The notes below the pieces were generated by a model. That model did no database searches. It was not told where the DNA came from and worked only from the letters and a program-made list of their open reading frames with translations. A stretch of 64,000 nucleotides of DNA from Botryllus schlosseri (taxonomy: Eukaryota), in the NCBI GenBank assembly GCA_051294905.1, contig CM119378.1:14508001-14572000 (forward strand), read 5' to 3'. Shown in pieces: positions 40,508-51,814 of this stretch (position 1 is the stretch's first letter; each line of letters starts with the position of its first letter). The translations under genes and the position numbers were made by a program.

Positions 40508-42069
40508 TTCTATCTATAGCAGATCTTCCTGCAGTTATGCCGGAATAGCGGTTATGTAGTCTACATCACAGGAGAAAATGGATTTTTGCAAACAAATTGT
40601 TTCTGAAACCCCATCAAAACATCTCTAATCAGCAATATGTTTGTATCAGTCGGCTATTGTCGATTTGGCAACTAAAATGAGTTAGCGCAGTAGAATATTT
40701 CATTCCACGACCATTCTGTTTATGTGAGTCCTGGAGTTTTAGCGGTTTTGGAGCGAAAGTGCTTCGTGCTGACGATTACCCCTGACGAGTGTCAGCCGGA
40801 AATATTCGGGTTCATTTCAATCTGAATATGCTATTCAATTCGTGATTTCTCTAATTAAAAAAAATACAAATTAGGTTATCAATCATTTTGTTTATTTGAA
40901 GGTTTCGCGGACCCCCTGAAAATGCTTCGCGGACCCCCGGTTGAAAACCACTGAAATAGGCTAATGCCGGGTTTTGCATAAAATCTGTTTGCGAAAATTG
41001 TATGTAATACTCCTTATAGCTAAAGCACGCATACCAGTTTAGTTGGTGAATGTTCGTAGGTCACAAATCGAATAATATGCTGTGCGAAGAATTGTTTAGC
41101 TCAAGAGATGGCACTCATTTACCGAAACTACCCTCAAGCACGAATAGACGGTTCGACAATTGTGGCCGAATATTTTGTACGAATGGGTTGCGCACGACAC
41201 TGAAGGCCTTCATAAGCTAACGACTCGGCAACTCTTATGAAACATCAGGGTCGCAACGACACCCTGATTCTGTAACTGTTGACCCAAATTATCGCGTGTG
41301 TAGCCTATTTGCCGAATATTTAAAAGACACAAGTAGAACCTCGGATCATTTTCATAACGAAATCTCTGATGCCTGCAACGCAAAAGGGCGTGCTACCTGC
41401 TACTAATCAAAACAACATATTCTATCAATACATGTGCCGATGTGATTCGTCACCATGTCCGATGGCAAATTAGAAAAACAAATGATGTTGCTCTAACTCA
41501 CTGTGGTGCTGTAGCACCCCAAATAATTCAAGTAAAATGTGATCACTCCGACTGTGGCCAATATTTCCAGATTCTTGCTTTGGGTTCTAGGTAGATGTGG
41601 GCAAAATCGAGTGATTCGATTCTGAATCACGTACATTGTGACGTAATAACAGTATTAGGATGTCAAAGTTGAAGTATGTATATTGTATATTTTATGCGTC
41701 CACAAAGAATATCATGTTTGCTCTACATCACATTGATAAAACCTTGTTATTTTTCGACCATACCGATTTCCTTGCATGCACTATGAACATTTTTTCATAT
41801 ATTACAATTTTCACTTCATTAGAACATCTTTGGTTCAAATTTATTGCATTTCAACTGCGGGTCACCCTATGCATGGCGCTGGCAGCACAAAAAAACAACA
41901 CGAGCATGCACCTTGACAATCTCAAACATTTTACTTTACTCTGTTACAAAAGTTTGCTCGAAATATCCAGCTTTCCGTTTGTGAAAATTTAGTGACTCTC
42001 TGCTGTGAGCTTCACCCGCTATCACACAACATCAAGAGCTACATACACTACATGTGGGTAGTCGGCGAA

Positions 42070-42711
42070 TTATGCTTATTAAACCTATCAATGAAATTGA
42101 TATCATTGCCTGATGTAAAAAATCTAGCAGGCGTACGGGGTCAATCTTGATTTCATATGTATATTGTATCATGAAAACCAGATCCGTGCGATTTGTAGAT
42201 GTTGGCTACTGCTGTGTAACTTGTTAAAGGGGTAATATCGGTAGCAAGTACAGAAACCCGTTTTACACTCTGCTCAATATTAACGTAGCAATTATACTCA
42301 GGCGCCGAATACATTGTCCGGTCTTGTCTAGACTGCTAAGGCGTAAGCATGGCCTACTAAGTATCGTAGGCCACGCCGTAGGCTTATATTCCCTTGCAAG
42401 TCCTCGTCGATATTGTTGGCAAAGCGACGGAAGATATTAATTTATGGGATTATTATATCATTTGATTGCCCCAGTTGATACATTTGGCAACGTTTAAAAA
42501 GTCAATATGTACTTCAGCATTGCGGCATTATGTGGCCCGAGTCGTCGCTAGGTATCGTACATTTATATATGCTATCACTTTACTGAAACGTAGGGTTGGA
42601 ATTAGCAATATGACGTCACGTGACGTTATGAGGTTCACGTTCGCACAGAACCTTTCAGAAAGGTTCGCGTTCACACGAACCTGAACCTTATAGACGTTCA
42701 CACCATCCCTA
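42070..42711. mobile_element. Family C copy (reverse)
   Basis: Reverse complement of ~6962-7500; ends GTTCACACCATCCCTA. Confidence 0.8.
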
Positions 42712-42774
42712 GAAAATACCATCGAAACTATAACTCTCGCTGATAAATCTACCTTCAGTAGCGAGGACAATTCA

Positions 42775-43130
42775 CAAGGTTCCGAGTCACGAGTCAATCT
42801 CCCTTTTATAGTTTTGTCTCGAGTCAAGTCCGAGTCCAAGTCAGTGAGTATACGAGTCATAGTGTTGTGACTCGAGCCCGAGTCCAAGTCATCGTGCTCA
42901 CTGTTCAGTTTCGAAATCAATCCGGTTCAACCCACTTTTTTCAACTCTGCTCGAGTGATTTAGAATGGCTCGCATTCATAATATCGTACTTTCCCTTGAC
43001 CCTAACACTTTTCGGCCCTATTTTCCAAGTATATGACTTGATTCGAGCCATACACTGCACAATGAAGCGAGTTCAAGTCGAGTCAATACACAAATTGACT
43101 CGAGTCAAGTCGGGTCGAGTCACCAAAAAC
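42775..43130. repeat. (CGAGTC/GACTCG)-rich MITE-like element
   Basis: More than 12 dispersed CGAGTC or GACTCG motifs clustered at both ends. Confidence 0.6.
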
Positions 43131-44149
43131 ATGTAGATAGTATATCCTCAATCGCCGTAAAAGGCGGGCGGTATAGCAATCTCTCCACGGGGTATGATTC
43201 ATGGATAACATTGACAAAAATGGGGGAAAGTTCAAGCGGTTGTTTCTCCATGCAACGCAGTCTCCCGTGAACTCCTCTTTGTCGCGTGAAAGTATTTATT
43301 GAATACAAGAACCACCTTCTGAGCATTCCATGCCGTGCAATCGCGTGAACTAGTGTCTCGTAATTTCAGATGTTATTTTCGTCTGTAGGAAATCATGGCA
43401 AAACGTGTTAGTTTTTGTTTTAAATTAATTTATGTTTCAAACGTAACCATGGTGTCGATGCTGTTGGAAATAATCGCTAAAATATTTGGCTCCAGAAAAT
43501 ACCGTGATTGAATTAGGGATTTGGCAACAAACATATATTTTCAAAGATTGATAATATAAAAAATACCGCTCAATTCTGAATTCCTGCAATATTCGATCAT
43601 GCGGATTGGAATTTATTCATCTGCACTGTATACGCCTATTATACAATCACGGAGATATTGCGAAAGTGCTTCTATAATTAAAAAATAGCTATTTCAAAAG
43701 TAAGAAATGCTCAGTTTGGTTATAACATAACATTTAAATACAACTATTTGCAATATGCATTCTCATTCACAAATCAACATAACAAAGCAGTCAATCGTTG
43801 CTTTTTGCGTAAATAATGAACATTGTGGATTACCTAACGTAGAATAAAAAGTCAATAGTTACGTACTGTACGGCGCATATCCCTGTACGGCGTATAACAT
43901 ATATCTTGTTCAACTATTACGGCAGGCACTTGAAAGTTCCCAGGTGTAAGTAGGATTATCCCCAGGAGACGTGCACAGTTTTCAAAGCAAAAGCAGAAAA
44001 TAATTCGGAATACCACTATATCAGACCACGTATAATATTTGCGCAAATGATGTGGTAGCCTAGTATACAGGCCCCGGTCGCGCATCATACACCCATAACA
44101 AGAAACGTGCTTATCATAACCCAAAAAGTTGTGCACCCTGTACACGGAA

Positions 44150-44410
44150 TTAGCTAGTAATTGAATAGTATATTCATATTGAAATGAGCCCGAATATTTT
44201 CGGCTGACACTCGTCAGGGGTAATCGTCGGCAACTAGTAGAGAATTGGAAAGAATATTGTATATCAACGATCGTATCACAAAATATGACGTCACCAGCAT
44301 GAAATTTCGAGTGAGAGAGCGTTCAATGTACTATTTTAGGTGGTACACGAAGTTCTTTTGTGGACAGAGTTTTGGTCGGTGTATTTTGATAAAAGTCGAC
44401 TTCAAGGCAC
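44150..44410. repeat. Dispersed repeat, inverted partner of 50860-51120
   Basis: High-identity reverse complement of 50860-51120; partial third copy at 40768-40835. Confidence 0.88.
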
Positions 44411-44714
44411 AGCACACAAGCACACAAGCTAGCTACATGGTTATGTCGGCATTGGTCTTCTATGGGTCCCTCCGAAAAGGTGTCCCATCCCGGAGTTATC
44501 GATATTCCTGGAGTGTGAGAGCAAAAGTTGATACCGGAAAATGTTATTGAATGGAGTTGCACTATACGCGTTGGCGAAAATTGGTAAAATACAAGGTTTG
44601 GGTTTAGACGGATAACTTAATCGAATGACCGCAAATCCTGTAGGCTTTATCTTGTTTACCAATCGAAAACCAAATTCAGATAATAATAGCAACATGGCGG
44701 AAGATCGTTCAACG

Positions 44715-45038
44715 TCATTCACCACCATCACCGCATCCTCCTCCATCTCCATCACCGCATCCTCCTCCATCTCCGCCACCGCATCCTCCTCCACCACCGA
44801 ATCCTCCTCCACCACTGCATCCTCCTCCATCTCCACCACCGAATCCCCCTCCACTACTGCATCCTCCTACATCCCAACTACCACCGGGATTGCCTCCGTC
44901 ACACACATACCCTCCGCCAAAGCCTCCTCTATGTCCGTCGTAGCAGCCTCCTCCATCATATCCGCCATAATTGTTGGATAATGTGCACGGTGTCCTGTGT
45001 ATAGGCGGCGCTGATGCTTTGGTTGTTGTAGTCTTGAC
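44715..45038 (-). CDS. Mini-gene last exon: SAPP repeat plus Gly/Cys/Asp-rich tail
   Basis: cattcttcag|GTC; VKTTTTKASAPPIHRTPCTLSNNYGGYDGGGC...GGGDGGGCGDGGE*. Confidence 0.78.
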   Translation of the reverse strand, partial: VKTTTTKASAPPIHRTPCTLSNNYGGYDGGGCYDGHRGGFGGGYVCDGGNPGGSWDVGGCSSGGGFGGGDGGGCSGGGGFGGGGGCGGGDGGGCGDGDGGGCGDGGE

Positions 45039-48000
45039 CTGAAGAATGTGAGAAGTCAAAACTATTTCGAAAGATCCCTGATAGCAAACTTCGATGCATT
45101 GCCGAGGCGTAATTGGAGAAAGTTCGACCACAGAGGCCAAATAGATACTTAGCCTTGTGCAGGATATCTTTGGATCCGGATTTTAACATTTGAGACGGAA
45201 ACAGGATACGGATTCCATTTTATCTAACAGGATTGAACCCGGACCCCCAAAGTACCATGATACCTACATCTCTAGCGTACGGTGCCATGTGGATAGGCGG
45301 CGCTGATGCTCTGGTCGTTGTGGTCTTGAGCTGAAAAATGTGAGAAGTCAAAACAACTCTATACATCGAATTTAATTGCAACTACACCAATGCCAAATTT
45401 GAACATATGCACATGGAGGGGTACATCCTAATGGGCCATGGATTGAATAAGGGGCTTTAACGGAAATGATTCTCGTCTGGTTTTGGTTTCATTCCACATT
45501 CCATCATTCCACAATTCGTCATTTTCGGCATTGCCGAAAGACTGTGGAAGGTTCTTCATCAGGATTTTTTTTGAAACGAATGCGACCCTGCCAAATTTTT
45601 ATCTTAGCGATGCGGTGCACCCATATATATATATATATTGAACATGATTTTGGTTTCATCATATTGCTCAACGTCACGTCGGCCTATCCCATATACAGTT
45701 AGCGACCCCAACCCTGAGATATAAAAAGACAGCAGTAGAAATTTCTATCACGAAATGATATCTAACGCTACTTCAGTATTTGTAACCAGCAGGGTTTCAT
45801 GTCCAACTGTAACATGCCTATAGATGCTCATGGTTTATGTAACTTGTGCGCCTGAGCAATGAGCAGTCGCACAATATTTACTAGCTGAAGTATTGTTCTA
45901 ACTAAAATTCCATCGATACCAAAAAACTGCCCGTACCGTGCTTCCTGCAGTTCTTCCACTCTTCGGAGTCTGAAAGAAACAATATTTCTCATGTCCGACA
46001 GAAAGTAACTACGTCATTAAAACTCACCCCAAGTGCCCACCAACAGCAAGCGGCGATAATGAATAGTAGAATGATAACACCCAGTTGCACACACGCAATA
46101 AATCCAGCACCAGCTGAAAAACGAATATTATAATCAGTACCGTTCAGTTACTAGTCGGGAGCGTGAGGTTCAGTGTTGGTGAAGAACTGGCCCCTATAGT
46201 CAATGTTTTCAATATATGCACCCAAAAGGGTAGTTTAGCTTGAAACTTGTTATTTCATATCGCATGAGCAATGAGTATTCATTACACACATACACACACG
46301 TAAGGCACTTAATATCACGCTGTGTACGTAAGAAGGTATACTACATATCCAGTGTCCCTAATTGATGGTAGGTATGAATAATACATAACAGCTTCATAAG
46401 TAAGTAATTGCTACATGAGTATTTTCTCTGCAATACATATTGGTCGTCGCAACCTTCACACTATACACTGTCGGTTCGAGATGCCGATAACCGATAACTC
46501 ATTGTTTCACGGCGCTGCGTTGGTAGATAGTATAAATGCAAACGTTTTTTATGAGCTGATTGAGGAGACTATCATGAGTGACTTGATGTGCCCAGAAATT
46601 GCGTACATGAATCACCCAACCGCTACATGAATTATATTTATTTATACTTTCGTGGAAAGAAATTGGTTATTCCATATTTATTCTGCGCTGGGCATAATGA
46701 AAATTCTGGACTCTCCGCGAAAAAATAGCCTTAATTTCTCCGACTTGGTCTCTCTCACCCTCTCTCTCTCACTGTGAAGTAGAAGTAGAAGAGTAAGTGA
46801 CGTAAAATTAGATTTGCTTGAGTATAAGTAGTAAGTACTGCAAATAGACGAAAACTATTTGATTACCTCGAAAAAGTGAAAGTAGTTACTGATTGTATCC
46901 GAGTACTTCTACTGTTTCGAAGTATTCAAGTGAGGTTTGTCTAGTTCCATTACCTATTCATTTCACCGAAAATTCAACAATTTCTGAATCCCTTTTTATA
47001 TTTTACATTTTCGATTTTGTGTAATAACCACATGAATTCGTATCACTACCATGCGTGAAATTACGTTGAGAGCTGAGCGATAATGGAGAGAGCCCGTATG
47101 ACGGCATCTGATTAAATTTCCAAAATCGCGCTTCTTGCAGTCGCGATATAGCCACTCGGCTCGGCACGAAGACGCCCATATGGTATTCTCACATTCCTTG
47201 AGCCCCGCTACTTGTACTGATGTACTGTACGTACACCAGGGGTGGGCAAAGTAGTCAAGAGAGCTACTAAAGTAGAAGTAGCGACGCAAAAATCTAGTCA
47301 AGTACGGGTAGGAGTAGTAGTTTTAAAAGCAGCTTACAACTACTTGAAGTAGAAGTAGAAATGACTGACCTTAAATCTACTCAAGTAAGTAAGTACTCGT
47401 GAAAATGATCGTTATTCGTTCTTATAGATATAGACTGTCAAAAGCTGCAAATTGAGCTATGCGAAAGGTACAGAGCTTGATTCATATTGATGAATCCCAG
47501 CAGGTATAGACTTTTGACAGCATTATCATTCGTACGGATCGTGGGATGAAAGTGAAAGCATTGACAAGGGAATGCGATACTCATACTCTGTTTACTCGAA
47601 CACCTCTGGTATGGCACCCTCTCCCATATCATAAGGCCCGTAGGCCCGAAATTCCTCAGGCTATCCTTCTGGTTGGAGGATTAAACTACTTCTACTTGTT
47701 AAACTGAGAATAGCGAAAAGTAAGTAAGTAGATCACAAAATATCACGACGTAGAAGTATAAGTAGCTAAAAATTGGATCTACTTGAGTAAGTACCCAAGT
47801 AGCGGAAAACTACCTGAGTTCTTCAAAAAGTGGAAGTACTTCGTTACTGACCTCTCTGCTGTGTACATTATTTGAGTATCATCAATAGCAACTTTGTCTA
47901 TACATCTGCTCATTAGTCATACGAGATAATAATGTGTCAGCGCCGGCGCCGGGACCTACGATCACTTGGGCCCCAGTTGCTACTTTTGGCAAATGAGAAG

Positions 48001-49657
48001 ACCAGATATATGCTCAATGCTCACCCGTCGACGGAGTTGCGACGGTAGTCGTCCTCGTAGTAGTATCAAGAGTATCGTAGTGGCCCTGAAAGTACATTTT
48101 GATATAACATGATGACCTCTCATCCATATAAACACTGTACATTTGGGAGAGAAAGTAGTGGGCCTATCCTCTCGGTTTCTGGAAACTCTTGCTGTTGGAT
48201 CTAGCTGGGATCTGGGATTGCTTTATCGTGATTGCGTTTACTATCGTTACCCCAAATCATATATCGGGTTTTCAATTTATTTAAATGCTCATGCCCAGGC
48301 CGGTTAAGGTTGAATTTAAAACTAAAACCAATGTAAAACATAAAATGAAATTAAAAAAAGATTAAAACATACATGTTTTAAACAGGGCACTTGTTTAAAT
48401 CATGTTCTTTATTGTTTTTGGTTAGTCATGACGTCATCAATATGTTATTGTGACGTCACAGTGGGTTGACATTGAAAATATAGGGTAAATATGGCACCTT
48501 TGACGAATAATGCTTCCGAGCCCTGTCATAAACGGACAAAAAATATGTTTAACCAGGACTATATCGGTATGCAGCATTTTTACGGTCGGCGGTCATCATC
48601 GTCAGGACATTCATTCTTGACCAATAATCCTTCTGTTGAGCCGACAACGATTTCCAGGGTTTTAACCATTCTATATTGTATACGTCGACCATAGATCGGG
48701 AGCAAATCGACCGTAGGCTCATACTATACATGTCTTTTTCCAAAGTATTTGCACAATTGCGGCATAATTATACAACTTTTGAAGAAAAAAATCACAAATT
48801 TTCGTAAAAGGCATTTTTTTAGAAACAATGTTTAAAAAATGTTTTAAACAAAGTGTTTTAAAGCAGCATTTGTTTTAAATGCAACCCGAAGGCCGGTATA
48901 ACTAATTCTACTAACACATCGAGTGGTGGTTATAAAGGATTAGAAAATCAGTTGACGACGAGAAAGGAAAGGTTTTGCTTGTATTGACATGAAACTATAT
49001 GCATGCAATGCACCCGCCCGGCACGTTTATACGTGTACGTAACGTAATTACTATTACGCAACCTGTTATTTTCAGTTTCGGGAGAGCGACGAGATAATAA
49101 CACGTGACTCGTGTGGTTCTCCGGTATAATGTATATCATAGCAGTGCGAAGGATTGTGCTGCTAATGGTAGCTTAAATTACTGCAGCAGGACGTATACTT
49201 TTGCGGCGTGATAGCTGTGCTGTGCTAATAATATATAAGGTATCCAAATACATGAAGGTATGTAATACGATATCTGGCATCAGCAGTTCCCGTATCCAGC
49301 TTTTCCTATACATGTTTATGGCTCTTCGTATCATTTCCTTCCGTTATTTTTACTGTAATTTTAACCAAGGGAGAGTTTGATTGATGGATATCACCAAGGA
49401 ATTTCGACTCGTTTTCATATTTTCATTCAGTCGCAATTAATGTGGTATTTGGAATCGACGAAATGTCTAATACACGATCGCACCTGTAAGTCGTTGACTC
49501 CCAAAACTTTTTCGGCGAATTCTTCCACCTTTTTCGATAATTTATCCGCGCTCTGTTTCGATTCTGTTTTCCAGTCTTGAGCTCTGACTCGATCAATAGA
49601 GAGACTCGATATCCCGATAAATATAATTAATTTTAGCGCGCTTCCCATGACAAACAT
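44715..49657 (-). CDS. Small single-pass membrane protein with a CACHD1/alpha2delta-like N-terminus and Gly/Cys-rich tail, 6 coding exons, ~246 aa
   Basis: join(49657-49484, 48085-48025, 46113-46028, 45969-45937, 45330-45268, 45038-44715). All GT-AG, phases 0,1,0,0,0 give one open frame: signal peptide, ADKLSKKVEEFAEKVLGVNDLQ|GHYDTL, Thr-rich stalk, TM (LGVIILLFIIAACCWW), two ASAPPIH repeats, Gly-rich tail. Confidence 0.78.
45268..45330 (-). CDS. Mini-gene coding exon 5 (LKTTTTRASAPPIHMAPYARD)
   Basis: catttttcag|CTC ... GAT|GTAGGT; near-duplicate of the start of the last exon. Confidence 0.72.
45937..45969 (-). CDS. Mini-gene coding exon 4 (33 nt, TPKSGRTAGST)
   Basis: tttctttcag|ACT ... 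ACG|GTACGG; preceded by a 58-nt intron. Confidence 0.72.
46028..46113 (-). CDS. Mini-gene coding exon 3: transmembrane helix
   Basis: GAGFIACVQLGVIILLFIIAACCWWALG; cgtttttcag|CT ... GGG|GTGAGT. Confidence 0.82.
47237..47858. mobile_element. Internally deleted family E MITE (reverse) in a mini-gene intron
   Basis: CAGGGGTGGGCAAAGTAGTCAAG ... GTACTTCGTTACTGACCTCTCTG; a related fragment lies at 46770-46930. Confidence 0.85.
48025..48085 (-). CDS. Mini-gene coding exon 2: GHYDTLDTTTRTTTVATPST(A)
   Basis: tactttcag|GGC ... G|GTGAGC; phase 0 in, phase 1 out. Confidence 0.72.
48300..48897. mobile_element. MITE-like element in a mini-gene intron
   Basis: Imperfect TIR CCGG..GGTTGAATTTAAAAC / GTTTTAAATGCAACC..GGCCGG; two TGACGTCA at 48429 and 48451. 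Confidence 0.5.
49484..49657 (-). CDS. Mini-gene coding exon 1: signal peptide plus CACHD1/alpha2delta-like helix
   Basis: MFVMGSALKLIIFIGISSLSIDRVRAQDWKTESKQSADKLSKKVEEFAEKVLGVNDLQ; acceptor cattttatag immediately before the ATG; donor CAG|GTGCGA. Confidence 0.8.
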
Positions 49658-50157
49658 CTATAAAATGCGAAGTTTGCAAATAGGTCACAAAAGTGACGAC
49701 AGCGACGTAAGTGTGTAATTGAAAGTTTTAAGGCAATTCACAAGTCTACAGTAAAGTTTGAGGTACGTTGTTTTTCATACGTCAAATAGCTCGGTGTTCT
49801 TGAAATATTATACCAACCAAAGCAGGCTTTTCTCTAAAAATAAAATAAAAGTCCGAATATGATCATAACAAAACTACGAAGTATAGATATTGTCAAGCAC
49901 TTGTGAGATATGCAAAGTAATATATTCATATAATATTGTATTTATCAAACTGTACACCATGGTTAATAAATATGGATTGTAAAAATTGATGGACACAGCC
50001 GCCTAATTTTTACATATTCTTATTTCGACACCTTAAAACACTGCAGCGGGGCCTACGACTGCAGGTATCAGTAAATGACATTTGTAGCGGTCGCTGCAAC
50101 GGCTTGTTGCAAGACACGCTGGTATAGTGCTTGATTGGAGTCGACGCTACAGCTTAC

Positions 50158-50253
50158 AGTTCCTGTTGTACGCACTAGTCACTGACTAATGACCGCTCTG
50201 AGTACTCTGGCAATCCTGATCACACACGCAGATCCAAGGAGCTTTCTTTATAG
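50158..50253 (-). promoter_or_regulatory. Candidate TATA box and non-coding first exon of the mini-gene
   Basis: CTATAAAG on the minus strand at ~50246-50253; donor ACT|GTAAGC at 50157; matches the acceptor just before ATG 49657. Confidence 0.45.
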
Positions 50254-50859
50254 CACAGAACAGCAGAATAGTAGTAATTAATGGTCAGAAACTTGTAGAT
50301 TTACCAGGTTCAATGATACTGCGGTTCAATAAGAAATAGAAGAATAAATGAAGCGAAATGGAGCCAATTGTCTATCTTACGACTGCTGCGCGAGCGCGCC
50401 GACCTGAATATGCGGGCTCTGAGAACACGTGCGCCGCAGACTAACTGTGCCGTCACAGCTTGTGGCTTTGAGAGCAGGGGTATGTTTAGATATCCCTGTT
50501 CGAGAGTGACCTATTTACGCTTTCGCGCACAAAGGAATTTGGACAGCCATTTACAACATTGCTGTGGAATCCATTCTGTCGCTTCCCGAATCTCGAAAAG
50601 GGCATTCATTTCAGTATTCATATTATATTTCGCCCATCGTCAACGTACAGAAATCGCGCCTTTAGATAAACGACATCGGTATATATAACGAACAAAATCA
50701 AGCCCGCTGGGTGTGTACTGTGTAATCTTTCTACAGCGCTACGTTGGTAAATGAGTTTGATATATGCGCGCGGATTATTATAAGAATTTGACGAGAGTTG
50801 ATGCGATGACGTGAGCGCGATAGATACTTATTTCCACGAGGTCGTTCACAATTCCATTT

Positions 50860-51120
50860 GTGTGCCTTGGAATCAACTTTTATCAAAATACACCAACCAA
50901 AACTCTGTCAACAAAAGGAGTTCGTGTATCACCTAAAAATAGTACATTGAACGTTCTCTCATTCGAAATTTCATGCTGGTGACGTCATATTTTGTGATAC
51001 GACTGTTGATATACAATGTTCTTTCCAATTCTCTACTAGTTGCTGACGATTACCCCTGACGAGTGTCAGCCGAAAATATTCGGGTTCATTTCAATTTGAA
51101 TATACTATTTAATTGTATAT
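50860..51120. repeat. Dispersed repeat, inverted partner of 44150-44410
   Basis: Contains GACGATTACCCCTGACGAGTGTCAGCCGAAAATATTCGGGTTCATTTC, the reverse complement of ~44180-44230. Confidence 0.88.
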
Positions 51121-51218
51121 TGAAGTTCTGTACCTCCAAGAAGCTCTTCAAATATTTCCACGATGTTGTATTTCGAGACAACTTTACCGCCATCGGTGAA
51201 TTTTTCATGTCAGCTGAG

Positions 51219-51465
51219 CGAGGTAGCGTAATGGTGATGCGACCGGCTTGTTGATCGGTACGTATAGGTCGTGGATTCAATTCCCGGCCGGGTAAGACCA
51301 AAGACTCGAAAACTGACATCCGCGGCTATCCCACCAGGCGCTCGGCATCCACGGACAGCATGGAGGAGAAAATTAGTAATGCAGACTAGATGACCTTATT
51401 TAAAGGGCGTATCCGCATCTCCATCGCATCGCATCTCCATCGCATCGCATCTCGATGGTACAGGC
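51219..51465 (+). mobile_element. SINE family A (copy 3)
   Basis: TAGCGTAATGG A box, GGATTCAATTCCC B box, GACTAGATGACC at 51384; runs into the N gap. Confidence 0.88.
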
Positions 51466-51814
51466 NNNNNNNNNNNNNNNNNNNNNNNNNNNNNNNNNNN
51501 NNNNNNNNNNNNNNNNNNNNNNNNNNNNNNNNNNNNNNNNNNNNNNNNNNNNNNNNNNNNNNNNNNNNNNNNNNNNNNNNNNNNNNNNNNNNNNNNNNNN
51601 NNNNNNNNNNNNNNNNNNNNNNNNNNNNNNNNNNNNNNNNNNNNNNNNNNNNNNNNNNNNNNNNNNNNNNNNNNNNNNNNNNNNNNNNNNNNNNNNNNNN
51701 NNNNNNNNNNNNNNNNNNNNNNNNNNNNNNNNNNNNNNNNNNNNNNNNNNNNNNNNNNNNNNNNNNNNNNNNNNNNNNNNNNNNNNNNNNNNNNNNNNNN
51801 NNNNNNNNNNNNNN
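51466..51814. other. Assembly gap (349 N)
   Basis: Run of N. Confidence 1.

Larger units (their letters stand above)
38755..40953. mobile_element. Buster/Charlie-type hAT element with cargo
   Basis: TIR CAGTGGTTCTCAACC / GGTTGAAAACCACTG, GCGGACCCC subterminal repeats, TSD ATATAGAC / AAATAGGC (6/8). Confidence 0.85.

Noticed and set aside
44441-44854. Minus-strand acidic ORF (MEEDAVVEED...)
   Set aside because: Alternative frame of the same GGA/GAT-rich repeat; not in phase with the upstream exons.
44625-44981. Plus-strand Ser/Thr-rich mucin-like ORF ending in a hydrophobic, GPI-like tail
   Set aside because: Antisense shadow of the Gly-rich exon; no signal peptide or supporting splice structure, whereas the minus frame joins a coherent six-exon model. 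Strand-specific RNA-seq would settle it.
46996-47301. Cys-containing minus-strand ORF in the mini-gene intron
   Set aside because: Its 5' part is family E MITE sequence; no convincing phase-1/phase-1 splice pair was found.
48549-48743. ORF considered as a missing exon of the mini-gene
   Set aside because: Lies inside a MITE-like element (48300-48897) and shows no VWA/Cache similarity.
51219-51295. tRNA-like heads (also 3557-3630 and 5860-5936)
   Set aside because: They have A and B boxes but no proper cloverleaf or acceptor stem, and continue into shared SINE bodies; these are SINEs, not tRNA genes.
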